Assembly: GCA_963814745.1 (NCBI GenBank)
Contig: CAWFEA010000002.1
Span: forward strand, 2,094-66,093
Reading direction: 5' to 3'
Source: an uncultured Acidobacteriota bacterium
GTDB taxonomy: Bacteria; Acidobacteriota; Terriglobia; Terriglobales; Acidobacteriaceae
DNA: 64,000 nucleotides
Part shown: piece after piece, positions 45,469 through 55,095 of the stretch
Layout of the letters: each line of letters begins with the position of its first letter
Position numbering within the stretch: position 1 is the first letter of the stretch
Program-made: the position numbers and the translations under genes
Notes under the pieces: model-generated
What the model saw: only the letters and a program-made list of their open reading frames with translations
Told to the model about the DNA's origin: nothing
The model's database searches: none

Positions 45469-46842
45469 TCACTGCCGAATCGCTTCTTCCCTCTTGGTGG
45501 CAACCATCAAGTCGCTCGGCCCGGGCAGCCGCACGCGTGTCACTTCGCTGAATCCGGCGGCGTGCATCCAATCCGCGTATTCCGGTTCACTGTAACTGTT
45601 GCCGGCCTCCGTGCCGACCAGCATATTCAGCGCAAAGAGCGCGGCAAATTGGGGAGACGTCTTATCGCTCTCCAGGATGAAATCCTGCACCACCAAGCGG
45701 CCGTTCGCGCCCAGCGCCTGGTAGGCGCGACGAAAGAGGCCGCGGTTCTGCTCCTCGGAGAACATATGGCAGATCGCATTTAAGAAAACGATGTCGCGGT
45801 TTCGACCGAAGTCGTCACTGAGCATATCTCCGGCGCGGACTTTGATGCGCTCGGCCAACCCCGCCTTGCGAACATAATCCTCGGTCAGCGGAACAACATC
45901 CTGGATATCCAGTATTTCGGCCTGGGCGCCGGGTATGGCCCGAGCGAACGCAATCGAATACGCGCCCGAACCGCCGCCAAGGTCCAGAATGTTGCGAATT
46001 CCCTCGCTGCCGAGCGCCTTCAGCAAGTGCCGGGCGCGCTCGTTGGCGATGCGGTCCATGGCTGTGATGAAGTTCCGCGTCCAGTCGCCCTCCGCTCTCT
46101 TCGCGGTCTTGATCGAAGTGCCCCGGCGCACACACTCGGTCAGGTTCGACCAGTTGTGCCAGATGTTGGCCATGTGCAGAAGGCCGCCGCGGGCGTTGTC
46201 CTTCGAATCCTGGGTGAAGAAGCGCGCGCTGGCCGCGGTGTTGTGGAATTTGCCGTCGGTTTTCCGCAGAAGCTTGAGGCTCGCCACTGCGTTCAGCAGC
46301 ATTTCCGTGGCGCGCGGATCGGTCTTCAACCTGCCGGCCACGACCTCCGCCGAAGCGCCGTCTCCCACGGCGGTGAACAGGTCCAGATCGAGCGCCGTCA
46401 GCATCACGCGGCTCGGCCAGTAGCCGCGAATGAGATTGTCGAGATCCTCCGGCAGCATTCCCGCCTGCGCGCGCGCGCGCTGTGCCGCGCGCACCCGTTC
46501 ACGGTGTTCCAGCGACTTGGCTTTCATCGCGGGTCCATCAGTCCACGCCAGGCGCGCCACGACTTTGCCGGCGGCCAAATGGGCGGAGACAATCTCGGGC
46601 ACATCTTCAGGCTTTACCCCGCGATACCAAACCCCATCGGGATAAACGATGACGATCGGCCCGTCATCGCACAGCCCAAGGCAGCCGCAGGTAGTGACCT
46701 GAACCTCATTCTCCAGCCCTTGCGACTGCACCTCCCGGCTGAGGGCGTCGAGAATGCGCTGGGCGCCGCTCGCGGCACAAGACGCCGCTCCTTCCGGCTT
46801 GACCTGGTTACAGACGAATACGTGGTAACGGAACGGTTCCAT
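45469..46842 (-). CDS. Fusion protein: thioredoxin-like [2Fe-2S] ferredoxin domain plus family-2 O-methyltransferase
   Basis: N-terminus: YHVFVCNQ...ASCAASG...TTCGCLGLCDDGPIVIVYPDGVWY (four Cys of the 2Fe-2S Trx-like ferredoxin). C-terminus: dimerisation/winged-helix region plus the SAM motif ILDLGGGSGAYS and a Methyltransf_2 tail. ATG 46842 with a GAGAGGAGAAG RBS. Confidence 0.8.
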   Translation of the reverse strand: MEPFRYHVFVCNQVKPEGAASCAASGAQRILDALSREVQSQGLENEVQVTTCGCLGLCDDGPIVIVYPDGVWYRGVKPEDVPEIVSAHLAAGKVVARLAWTDGPAMKAKSLEHRERVRAAQRARAQAGMLPEDLDNLIRGYWPSRVMLTALDLDLFTAVGDGASAEVVAGRLKTDPRATEMLLNAVASLKLLRKTDGKFHNTAASARFFTQDSKDNARGGLLHMANIWHNWSNLTECVRRGTSIKTAKRAEGDWTRNFITAMDRIANERARHLLKALGSEGIRNILDLGGGSGAYSIAFARAIPGAQAEILDIQDVVPLTEDYVRKAGLAERIKVRAGDMLSDDFGRNRDIVFLNAICHMFSEEQNRGLFRRAYQALGANGRLVVQDFILESDKTSPQFAALFALNMLVGTEAGNSYSEPEYADWMHAAGFSEVTRVRLPGPSDLMVATKREEAIRQ

Positions 46843-46877
46843 CTCTTCTCCTCTCAAAACTGCATGGCCTGCCGGCC

Positions 46878-47564
46878 TCAAGCTGAAAACTTATAGCCAA
46901 GCCCGGAAACCGTCAGAATCATTTGCGGTTGCTTAGGGTTCTCTTCGAGCTTCTGCCGCAGGCTGGCGATGTGGACATCGACCGTGCGGGTAAAGGTCTC
47001 TGCGCTGTAGCCCCACACTTCTTTCAAAATCTCGTCGCGGGGCAGAGTTGCGCCTCGATGCTCCACCAGATACCGCAAAAGCTGGAACTCGCGAGCCGAG
47101 AGGTTGATGACGCTGCCGTTTCGCGTGACCTCGGTGCCGCGCAGGTCGATGCGCAGAGAACCGATCTGGCAGATGGCATTCGCCCCAGCCGTTCTCTTGT
47201 CGCTGCGCCGCAGCAGGGCTTCGATTCGCGCCAGCAGTTCCATCATTTCGAACGGTTTCGTCAGGTAGTCATCGGCGCCGAGTTTCAGGCCAACGACCTT
47301 GTTGACGGTTTGCCCGCGCGCCGTCAGCATCAGAATCGGCATGGTCAGGCCGGCTTGCCGGACATCGCGGCAGACGTCGAATCCGTTCTTGCGCGGCAAC
47401 ATGATGTCAAGAATGATGAGATCGTGGATGGCCTCGATGGCGCATCGCAGTCCTTCTTCCCCGTCGCCCGCGCAGTCCACCTTATAGCCCTCGCTCAGCA
47501 GGCGATCGCTCAACGTCATGCGCAGCGCTTCTTCGTCTTCAACCAGAAGGATATGCTCGTTCAT
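46878..47564 (-). CDS. OmpR/PhoB-family response regulator
   Basis: Receiver domain (ILLVEDEE...DLIILDIMLP...ADDYLTKPF) plus a winged-helix Trans_reg_C domain (LSAREFQLLRYLVEHRGATLPRDEIL...GYKF). Confidence 0.9.
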   Translation of the reverse strand: MNEHILLVEDEEALRMTLSDRLLSEGYKVDCAGDGEEGLRCAIEAIHDLIILDIMLPRKNGFDVCRDVRQAGLTMPILMLTARGQTVNKVVGLKLGADDYLTKPFEMMELLARIEALLRRSDKRTAGANAICQIGSLRIDLRGTEVTRNGSVINLSAREFQLLRYLVEHRGATLPRDEILKEVWGYSAETFTRTVDVHIASLRQKLEENPKQPQMILTVSGLGYKFSA

Positions 47565-47573
47565 CCCAGCTCT

Positions 47574-49478
47574 CTAGGTAACCTTCGCTTCCGTAGCCGT
47601 CGCCGCACTCTCTTCCACGTCCGTGCGCTTCACCTCGCCCGCGATGGGCAGATGCAATACAAAGCTGCTGCCCTTTCCCGCTTCGCTCGTCACCGTCAGC
47701 CGGCCGCCCATCGCCTCGGCAATGCTTCTCGCCAGCGGCAGCCCCAACCCCGTACCGCGAATCTGCGCCGCCGTGGCGGAAGGACTGCGATAAAACGGCT
47801 CGAAAATCCGCGGCAAGTCGGCGGCGGAAATTCCGCTGCCCCGGTCTTCGATGGCGATTTGAATCTCGTGGACTTCCGGCACGGCCCGGGCTCTCACTCC
47901 GAGCCAGCGATTCGTGCCGCCATACTTGACGGCGTTCGTGATCAGGTTCTGCAAGCACTGCGAAAGCGCCGCCAGGTCGCCTACAGTCTGCGGCATCCCC
48001 GCTTCGACCCGCTTCTCGACCTCCACTCCCGCCGAGTGAATCAGCCCCGCGGTAGCGCCCAAAGCGGCATCCAGAATCTCCTGCACCTCGAGCACGCGAC
48101 GCTGGTACTGGTAGCGTTGCTCCCGGGTCGCCGCGAACAGCAAAATCTGCTCAACCAACTGGATGAGCTGGCGGGTCTGGCCTTTGATCGCCTTGCCGTA
48201 ACGCATCAACTGCTCTTTATTGTCCACCACGCCATCGGCGATATTATCAGCCGCCGAGGAGATTACCGCCAGCGGCGTGCGCAACTCGTGAGAGACGCCG
48301 GTCACGAAGTCCATCTGCAATTTCGCCAGACGCTGGGCGCGATGGGTGGTGATAATCAGAATTCCCATGGTAGCCGCCATCACCAGCAGCACGCCAAATC
48401 CGATCACCAGGTTTCGCCGCCGCAAACCAGCCACCGCCGCCTCGAGCGAACCATCGCGGTGCTGCACCACCAGTTGCCAGTCCCGGTCGTCGGGCGAGAG
48501 GCGCAGCGCTTCGAACCTTACCAGCCCCCAATATCCGGCGTGAAACTCCGGGCCTCGGAAAAGACCTTGGTCCTGCGGCCGTCCGGGAGACGCGAGCAGA
48601 GGTCCGGGGCCTTGTCCAATCGATCCCGATGGCGGCCCGAAGAGATTGATGGCCGCGTCCGCGCCCATGTCACGGGTACCAAAGTCCGAATCCGAAGAAT
48701 AAAGAACGCCACCGTTGCGTCCGCCGAAAACCGCCACCCGATAAACAAAGCCCGAAGGACCGCCGAAGTGCCGTTCCGCCAGCTCTGCCAGTACGTGCGC
48801 CTGGAAGGCGGACGGGTTCAATTCGACGATGACCCAGTCCACCGTTTGCTCACTATCGGGTGATTTCCCATGGTTCGCTCCCGAAGCAAGCACCGGGTAG
48901 GCAAGCGCCGGAATGCTTTCCGCAAACGCCCACGGGGCGCGCAGATCGCGCCTGGGGTTGCGCAGAAATTCAGCGGAAGGATCCGGTGGAGAATTTGGCA
49001 GAGCCGGTCGCGGAGTCATTTCCGCCAGTTGCGGCAGTAACGCCCGCAGGGCTTCGTGCAGCCGCTGCATCGACGCCGGCCATTCGGCGGGTTCAAAACG
49101 CCCGCTAGCCGAATCCATGCGCCGCAGCTCCGAGACGCCGTCAGCCCGGGTGCTCCACACGAATATGTTCGCCATGATCTGCGGCACCGCCGCCGCGTGC
49201 TGCGCAGCTTGGACCTGGCGCGCGTATTGCGGCCAGCGATCGTGCGGGTTAGCCGCCGGAATAAGCTGCAATGGCAGGCAGATGGCCGCCAGCTCACGAT
49301 ATAGATCCTGCCGGAATGCCATGACCGACGACTGCAAGCTGGCGTGCATCCGCAGGCTGGCCGCTTCACTGACGTCCTTGCTCCAGCGATATTCCAGCAC
49401 GGCAAGCACGATCAGTATCACCGCCAGACCGGCGACGACCGCCGACCATGAAAGCCGGGCTTTGCCAAATGACTTCAT
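47574..49478 (-). CDS. Sensor histidine kinase with a large periplasmic domain
   Basis: TM1, a periplasmic region of about 300 aa, TM2, then HisKA (FVTGVSHELRTPLAVI) and HATPase_c (NAVKYGG, EDRGSGI, GTGLGL). ATG 49478. Confidence 0.85.
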   Translation of the reverse strand: MKSFGKARLSWSAVVAGLAVILIVLAVLEYRWSKDVSEAASLRMHASLQSSVMAFRQDLYRELAAICLPLQLIPAANPHDRWPQYARQVQAAQHAAAVPQIMANIFVWSTRADGVSELRRMDSASGRFEPAEWPASMQRLHEALRALLPQLAEMTPRPALPNSPPDPSAEFLRNPRRDLRAPWAFAESIPALAYPVLASGANHGKSPDSEQTVDWVIVELNPSAFQAHVLAELAERHFGGPSGFVYRVAVFGGRNGGVLYSSDSDFGTRDMGADAAINLFGPPSGSIGQGPGPLLASPGRPQDQGLFRGPEFHAGYWGLVRFEALRLSPDDRDWQLVVQHRDGSLEAAVAGLRRRNLVIGFGVLLVMAATMGILIITTHRAQRLAKLQMDFVTGVSHELRTPLAVISSAADNIADGVVDNKEQLMRYGKAIKGQTRQLIQLVEQILLFAATREQRYQYQRRVLEVQEILDAALGATAGLIHSAGVEVEKRVEAGMPQTVGDLAALSQCLQNLITNAVKYGGTNRWLGVRARAVPEVHEIQIAIEDRGSGISAADLPRIFEPFYRSPSATAAQIRGTGLGLPLARSIAEAMGGRLTVTSEAGKGSSFVLHLPIAGEVKRTDVEESAATATEAKVT

Positions 49479-49726
49479 GAAAACGCAGCTCTGAAAATAC
49501 TGTCCTCTTCCATTATGAAGCAAACCCTTGCCACAGCGTACCCCTGGCTCCGCAAGCATCTCACGGCAAGCCTGCTCAGCCCCGCAACTCTGGATTCAAG
49601 CTGCCGGTATTGGAACCGCCTCCGGCGCCATAGCTAGATGATGCGAACGATCATCGCCGCCGGCCGAAAGCGGTGAGTGGAAGGTGGAGTAAGCAGGCGG
49701 GCAGGTTGAAGCCCGCCTGCCTCATG

Positions 49727-50188
49727 TCACTGGGCAAAACCGGGTCCGCCGGGAGGCGGGCCAGGACGTCCACCAGGGCCGTGCTGCGATTCCAGCTTCG
49801 TCAATTTGCTTTGCTGATCCGCGGTAAGGATCTGGTAGAAAGCCGCTCTGGCTTTGGCCTGAAGCGAGGTCAGTTGGGTTGTCAGGCTGCCGATCGTAGC
49901 CGCTGCCTGATCGATGCCAGCGCCATCGTTGCCGGCGATCGCGGTTTGCAGGCTCTGCCGCGCAGCCCTGAGGTTGTCGTGGACCCCGGATTCAGCGCTT
50001 GCGGCGTTGGTGAAGATGGTCGTCGCTTGCTGCTGTTGAGCGAAGGTGAGGGTTAAGACAGTCGTCAGGTACTCCACCCGATGAGCCACCATGGTTGCCG
50101 GAGTCGGGGGCTGAGGTTGGGCTTGGGCGATGAGAAGCGCGCTTGCCATCGCAAGCACGATCAAAGCTGTCAGCGTTACTCTCTTCAT
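49727..50188 (-). CDS. Spy/CpxP-family periplasmic protein (LTXXQ motifs)
   Basis: Signal peptide MKRVTLTALIVLAMASALLIAQA. Two LTxxQ motifs (LTFAQ, LTADQ). Helical Q/A-rich sequence. Adjacent to an envelope-type two-component system. Confidence 0.6.
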   Translation of the reverse strand: MKRVTLTALIVLAMASALLIAQAQPQPPTPATMVAHRVEYLTTVLTLTFAQQQQATTIFTNAASAESGVHDNLRAARQSLQTAIAGNDGAGIDQAAATIGSLTTQLTSLQAKARAAFYQILTADQQSKLTKLESQHGPGGRPGPPPGGPGFAQ

Positions 50189-50289
50189 TCGTTCTCCTCT
50201 TTCAATCATTTGCTAGTGAAGTTATTCGTGAGACCTTGGGGACGCATCCTGTAAGGCAAGTACCACGGCGTTACGCAAAAGCTTGACCG

Positions 50290-50733
50290 TCAGTGTGTGG
50301 TCGCGCGGCTTCCGCGCAAGCCCAACTGGTCGATGGCAACCGGAAGCTCCTTCATCAGGTTCGCCTTCGAGACAAACGAGTGCGCGCCGCAAGAGAGGCA
50401 TTCCGCCCGTAGTTGCTGCGAGTCTTCCGACGACATCAGGATCACTTTCGTTCTGGGATACATCTCGGAAATCACCAACGCAGCCGCGGGGCCGCTCATC
50501 GGACGCATGTGGACGTCCATCAGAATCAGGTCGGGATCAAGATCGGAAACCGCTCTGACCGCGCCCACGCCGCTCATCGCCGCTCCAATCACATCAATCA
50601 GATTTTCGAACTCCATCAGGGACCACAGAGCTTCCAGGTAAGGCGCTGAGTCGTCCACGATTACTGCCCTGATCGCGGGTTTATGCATTGGGGGCACGGG
50701 CTGAACCGAAGAATTCACTTTTGCTTGATGCAT
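50290..50733 (-). CDS. Stand-alone response-regulator receiver protein
   Basis: AVIVDDS...DLILMDVHMRPMSG...VILMSS...GAHSFVSK receiver motifs with no output domain. ATG 50733 with an AAGGAGAAG RBS. Confidence 0.75.
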   Translation of the reverse strand: MHQAKVNSSVQPVPPMHKPAIRAVIVDDSAPYLEALWSLMEFENLIDVIGAAMSGVGAVRAVSDLDPDLILMDVHMRPMSGPAAALVISEMYPRTKVILMSSEDSQQLRAECLSCGAHSFVSKANLMKELPVAIDQLGLRGSRATTH

Positions 50734-51006
50734 GCCGAATCTTCTCCTTAAACCACCAGGATCATGGAAACACATCGCGGGGAACTCTGCTGTAAACCAT
50801 TGGACAGAAGCTTGTAAGAGCCTTGTAAGGTCGCCGCCCGCGGCCGAAATCCAGTCTTTGGCCGAACGCGCCACAATCGGGACCCTGGGAAGTTTACCGT
50901 CAGCTTACAAAGTCTTTACCGTCCCACCGGCTCGGGCTCGCTACACTCAATCGGGACCTCTGTCGGGCAGTTTTCAATCCCGCAGGTTCCGGCGAAGCCG
51001 GGAGCA

Positions 51007-51543
51007 ATGTTGGCGATGAATTCCGAGAGACCCGTTAGTCGCGAGACCCCGGTACGCAACGGAAGCGACATACTTGCCGGTACGGTACAGCGTTATGCTT
51101 CGCGCCTGTTCGTTTTTCTCTACCGATTGACCGGTGATATTCACACGGCCGAGAGCCTGGTCGACGATGTGTTTATGGAGTTTTTCCGGCACTCCGGCCA
51201 GCGCGCGCGCGCCAACCCTCTGGTTGCTCTCTACGGCATCGCCGCCCAGGTCGCGGCGCGCCGCCTCGCAAGCAAGGCGGAAGTGCCTTTCCGGCGGAGT
51301 TTGCCGGATTCGACCGTAACCGGCCTGCCGACGGAAGATTCCGCCTGCCGCCAAAAACTCGCTCCAGTTCTCGACCGCTTGTTTGCGCTTCCAGTTCCTC
51401 AGCGCGCGGCGGTGTTGATGCGCAAGTACGATTGCCTGGACTACGTCTCGATCGCGCGGGCGCTGCATTTGGACGAAGGCGCCGCCGCGTCCCTGGTGCG
51501 AGAGGGCTATCGGCAGTTGTGCGGCGCCGCTAAACTAGCCTGA
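51007..51543 (+). CDS. ECF-type RNA polymerase sigma-70 family factor
   Basis: Region 2 (LFVFLYRLTGDIHTAESLVDDVFMEFF) and region 4 HTH (LPVPQRAAVLMRKYDCLDYVSIARALHLDEGAAASLVREG). No adjacent anti-sigma gene was recognised. Confidence 0.8.
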   Translation: MLAMNSERPVSRETPVRNGSDILAGTVQRYASRLFVFLYRLTGDIHTAESLVDDVFMEFFRHSGQRARANPLVALYGIAAQVAARRLASKAEVPFRRSLPDSTVTGLPTEDSACRQKLAPVLDRLFALPVPQRAAVLMRKYDCLDYVSIARALHLDEGAAASLVREGYRQLCGAAKLA

Positions 51544-51727
51544 CAGAACCGACAGCCGCGCCAGTCAGTCAGAGCCTCAATGCCCCGAGCACCAAGCTGC
51601 TCGCGAAGGCGCTCCCACGGCGCGAGTGATCGATTTTGGGCTTTACAGCACAGTGGGCATCTGATATCTCTGTTCCATTCGCCGCACGCTGTAGGGATCA
51701 CACAAGTCTTAAATCAGGAGAAATATC

Positions 51728-52858
51728 ATGCGTAAGGTCTCGACTCTTGCCCTGTTCTGCCTCGCCGCCGCAATGACTGCGATAAGCCTTCACGCCGCCG
51801 ATACCCTGAAAATAGGTATCGTGGCGCCAACCAGCGGCGCCGCTGCCGAGGCAGGGCGCTATGAAATGCAAGGGGCTAAGCTCGCGGTCGATGAAATCAA
51901 CAAGGCCGGGGGGGTACTGGGTAAACAGATCGAACTGATTTCCGAGGACGATCAGACGACCAATCCCGGAGCCGTTATGGCGTTCAGCAGGCTTGCGGGC
52001 AACAAGGACATCGCCGCTTTCATCGGCACGGTCCGCAGCACCCAAATGATGGCCATCGCGCCTGATGTGCTCAAACTGGGCAAGCCACTGATGATCGGCG
52101 GCACCGATCCCGAACTCACGCATATGGGCAACCCGTGGCTGTTCCGCTTCCGCCCGAACGATTCCTATTCGGCGCGAGTGATCGCCGACTACGGGGTCAA
52201 GACCCTCGGCAAGAAGAAGTGGGCCATTGTCCATTCCACCGACGCCTTTGGCACTGCCGGCATGAAGGCTTTAACGGCGACCCTCAAAAGCATGGGCATT
52301 GAGCCGGTTCTGGTGCAAGGCTATGCCAACAACTCGCAGGACTTCACGCCCGTAGCCCTCGCCCTTAAGCGTTCGGGAGCTGACATCATGTGCTCCTATA
52401 TGACCTTCGAAACCGATCTGGGCATCTTCGCGAAACAGCTCCGCCAGTTCGGCGTCAATATTCCGTGGGTTGGTTCGCCTTCCACCGTAACCATAACCGC
52501 GCTCAGGCTCGCCGGGCCTGCGCTCTACGGAACTTATGCGGTGTCCGATTTCCATAAGGACTCAAGCCCCGCTTCGAAGGCGTACGCGACCAAGTACCAG
52601 AGCGCTTACAAAGCAGCGCCTGACTTCCTCAGCGCCTGGTCTTATGACGCGGTGCATGTGATTGCCATGGCCATCAACAACGCCAAGAGCACCGACCCCG
52701 CGAAAATCCGGCAGGCGATACTCGCGATCAAGGGATACAAGGGAGCCCAAGGCACTTACAACTTCGACAAGAATGGGGACGGACTACATGGCTACAACAT
52801 TGTGAAGAACAATGACGGAACGATTGTGTTTGACAAACACATCGATTTCACTGATTAG
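51728..52858 (+). CDS. Branched-chain amino-acid ABC transporter substrate-binding protein (LivJ/K-like), copy 1
   Basis: Signal peptide plus Peripla_BP_6-type sequence (LKIGIVAPTSGAAAEAGRYEMQGAKLAVDEINKAGGVLGK.IEL..EDDQ). Confidence 0.9.
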   Translation: MRKVSTLALFCLAAAMTAISLHAADTLKIGIVAPTSGAAAEAGRYEMQGAKLAVDEINKAGGVLGKQIELISEDDQTTNPGAVMAFSRLAGNKDIAAFIGTVRSTQMMAIAPDVLKLGKPLMIGGTDPELTHMGNPWLFRFRPNDSYSARVIADYGVKTLGKKKWAIVHSTDAFGTAGMKALTATLKSMGIEPVLVQGYANNSQDFTPVALALKRSGADIMCSYMTFETDLGIFAKQLRQFGVNIPWVGSPSTVTITALRLAGPALYGTYAVSDFHKDSSPASKAYATKYQSAYKAAPDFLSAWSYDAVHVIAMAINNAKSTDPAKIRQAILAIKGYKGAQGTYNFDKNGDGLHGYNIVKNNDGTIVFDKHIDFTD

Positions 52859-53017
52859 TGCGGTGCCCAAAAGGCTACGGCTTCTGCCTGCGAGCGATGT
52901 CGTAATTCCGGCAGCGCGCGTGGCAGTGTAAGTGCAACCTTTACATGACAGGGGAAATTTGATATCTGTTTTGATCATTGCAAAGTAAAGCAAATCTGCG
53001 ATTTCTAAGGATACGCC

Positions 53018-54154
53018 ATGCGTAAATGGATCACACTCGCCGTGCTCGGGCTCGCTGCCGCGATGACCGTCGGCGCGCTAAATCTACATGCAGCCGACAC
53101 TATCAAGATTGGTGTGGTGGCCCCGCTTACAGGCCCCGCCGCCGAAACTGGAAGTTACCAGATCAAGGGCGCCAAACTTGCCGTTGAGGAAATCAATAAG
53201 GCCGGCGGCGTGCTTGGCAAACCGGTCGAACTGATCATTGAAGACGATCAGACAACCAATCCCGGCATCATCATGGCGTTTAGCAGGTTGGCCGGCAACA
53301 AGGATATCGTCGGCTTCCTCGGCTCAATCCGGAGCACGCAGGTGAACGCCATGTCGCCCGACGCTATAAAGGTGGGCAGGCCGGTTATGATCGGCGGTAC
53401 CGATCCTGAACTCACCCACATGGGCAACCCGTGGTACTTCCGCACCCGGCCGAACGATTCCTATTCGGCGCGAGTGATCGCCGATTACGGAGTCAAGACC
53501 CTCGGCAAGAAGAAGTGGGCCATTGTCCATTCCACCGACGCCTTTGGCACCGGCGGCATGAAGGCGCTGGTCGCAAGCCTTAAAAGTATGGGCATCACCC
53601 CGGTCTTGATCCAGGGCTATACCAACAATTCGTCGGATTACACCCCCGTAGCGCTGGCCGTGAAGCGTTCCGGAGCCGATATTCTGGCCAGCTACGTGAC
53701 CTTTGAGACCGACCTTGGCATCATGGCGAAGCAGATCCGCCAGGTAGGCGCAAACATGCCTTGGGTGGGTTCGGCAACGAATATGTCCACCACCGCCCTT
53801 CGGCTTGCAGGCTCGGCGCTCAACGGCACCTACGTGGTAGCCGACTTTACCCGGGAATCATGCCCCGGCGCCACCGCCTATGCCGCAAAATATGACGCGG
53901 CATATAAGTTAGCAGCCGATCACTTCAGCGCCTGGGCTTATGACGGCATGCATGTGCTGGCACTTGCCATCAACAATGCCAAGAGCACGGACCCGGCGAA
54001 GATACGGCAGGCAATCCTCGCGATTAAGGATTACAAAGGCGCCGAAGGCACGTACAACTTCGACAAGAATGGAGACGGGCTGCACGGCTATAACGTAGTG
54101 AAGAATATCAATGGGAAGATTGTGTTTGACAAGCACATTGACTTCAAAGACTAA
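53018..54154 (+). CDS. Branched-chain amino-acid ABC transporter substrate-binding protein (LivJ/K-like), copy 2 (tandem paralogue)
   Basis: Collinear with copy 1 over its full length at high identity. Same signal peptide architecture. Confidence 0.9.
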   Translation: MRKWITLAVLGLAAAMTVGALNLHAADTIKIGVVAPLTGPAAETGSYQIKGAKLAVEEINKAGGVLGKPVELIIEDDQTTNPGIIMAFSRLAGNKDIVGFLGSIRSTQVNAMSPDAIKVGRPVMIGGTDPELTHMGNPWYFRTRPNDSYSARVIADYGVKTLGKKKWAIVHSTDAFGTGGMKALVASLKSMGITPVLIQGYTNNSSDYTPVALAVKRSGADILASYVTFETDLGIMAKQIRQVGANMPWVGSATNMSTTALRLAGSALNGTYVVADFTRESCPGATAYAAKYDAAYKLAADHFSAWAYDGMHVLALAINNAKSTDPAKIRQAILAIKDYKGAEGTYNFDKNGDGLHGYNVVKNINGKIVFDKHIDFKD

Positions 54155-54182
54155 CCGGGCGCACACCCGCATTGAACCGTAT

Positions 54183-54211
54183 CGGGCGAGCAACCACTCG
54201 CCCGCTTTTTT
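54183..54211 (+). terminator. Rho-independent terminator/attenuator between binding-protein and permease genes
   Basis: CGGGCGAG-caacca-CTCGCCCG followed by CTTTTTT. Confidence 0.6.
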
Positions 54212-54219
54212 GGTGGCCT

Positions 54220-55095
54220 ATGGGAATCGCACTCCAACTTCTTTTCACCGGGCTTGGCATCGGCAGCATTTATTCCTTGGTGGCTCTGGGTTTTGTATTG
54301 ATCTACCGTGCGACCAACGTGGTCAATTTTGCCCAGGGCGATTTCGCCATGCTGGGCGCTTTCTCGATGACCGTGCTGACCATCAATCTGGGGATGCGAT
54401 ACTGGCTCAGCCTCCTGATCACGATGGCTGCCATGGCCGTTTTTGGCGCGCTCTTTAATCTCGGAGTTTACTATCCACTCCGCAATCGCAGTTTTCTGCC
54501 GGTCATCATCAGCACCATCGGAGCGTCAATTCTGCTTGAAAACGGCGTACTCGCCGCCTACGGTCCGCAGCCGCAGAGCCTGCCGAGCGTCTTCGAGTCG
54601 CAGGGCTTCAGCATTGGAACCGTATTCTTTGACAGTCAGTATGTGGTCATTCTGGTCGTAACCGTGGCCATGGTCGCCTTCCAGTACCTGCTTTTTGAGC
54701 GCACGCTGCTCGGCAAGAAAATGCAGGCGACCTCGCAGGACAAGGAAATGGCCAGCATGCTCGGCATTCCGGTGGCGCTGATGATCATGATTACGTTCAT
54801 TTATAGCGCCGTATTGGGTGGGCTTGCCGGGGTTCTTGTCGGACCCATTCTCTTTGTATCGGTCGGTATGGGCTCCTCCATCGCGCTCAAGGCATTTGCC
54901 GCCAGCATCGTCGGCGGCTTCGGCGACGTGACTGGGGCGATTGTCGGAGGCTTGACGCTCGGCGTCGTCGAGACCTTCGGCGCGGCTTACATCTCCGTGC
55001 CTTACAAGGATGCCTTTGCCTTCCTCCTTCTGCTGGTGATTCTGCTGGTGCGGCCGCAAGGCATCTTCGGGGAAAGGATCGCGGAAAAGGCATGA
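54220..55095 (+). CDS. livH: Branched-chain amino-acid ABC transporter permease LivH
   Basis: LLFTGLGIGSIYSLVALGFVLIYRATNVVNFAQGD is the canonical LivH N-terminus. About 8 TM segments. Confidence 0.9.
   Translation: MGIALQLLFTGLGIGSIYSLVALGFVLIYRATNVVNFAQGDFAMLGAFSMTVLTINLGMRYWLSLLITMAAMAVFGALFNLGVYYPLRNRSFLPVIISTIGASILLENGVLAAYGPQPQSLPSVFESQGFSIGTVFFDSQYVVILVVTVAMVAFQYLLFERTLLGKKMQATSQDKEMASMLGIPVALMIMITFIYSAVLGGLAGVLVGPILFVSVGMGSSIALKAFAASIVGGFGDVTGAIVGGLTLGVVETFGAAYISVPYKDAFAFLLLLVILLVRPQGIFGERIAEKA

Noticed and set aside
46923-48863. 646-aa ORF on the + strand
   Set aside because: It lies entirely antisense to the well-supported response regulator and histidine kinase genes. The translation is Arg/Gly/Gln-rich with no motifs. 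It is a typical shadow ORF of a high-GC genome.
51507-51701. 64-aa Cys-rich minus-strand ORF next to the ECF sigma gene as a possible anti-sigma factor
   Set aside because: It is on the wrong strand, overlaps the sigma gene's 3' end, and has no TM segment or zinc-finger anti-sigma (HxxxCxxC) motif.
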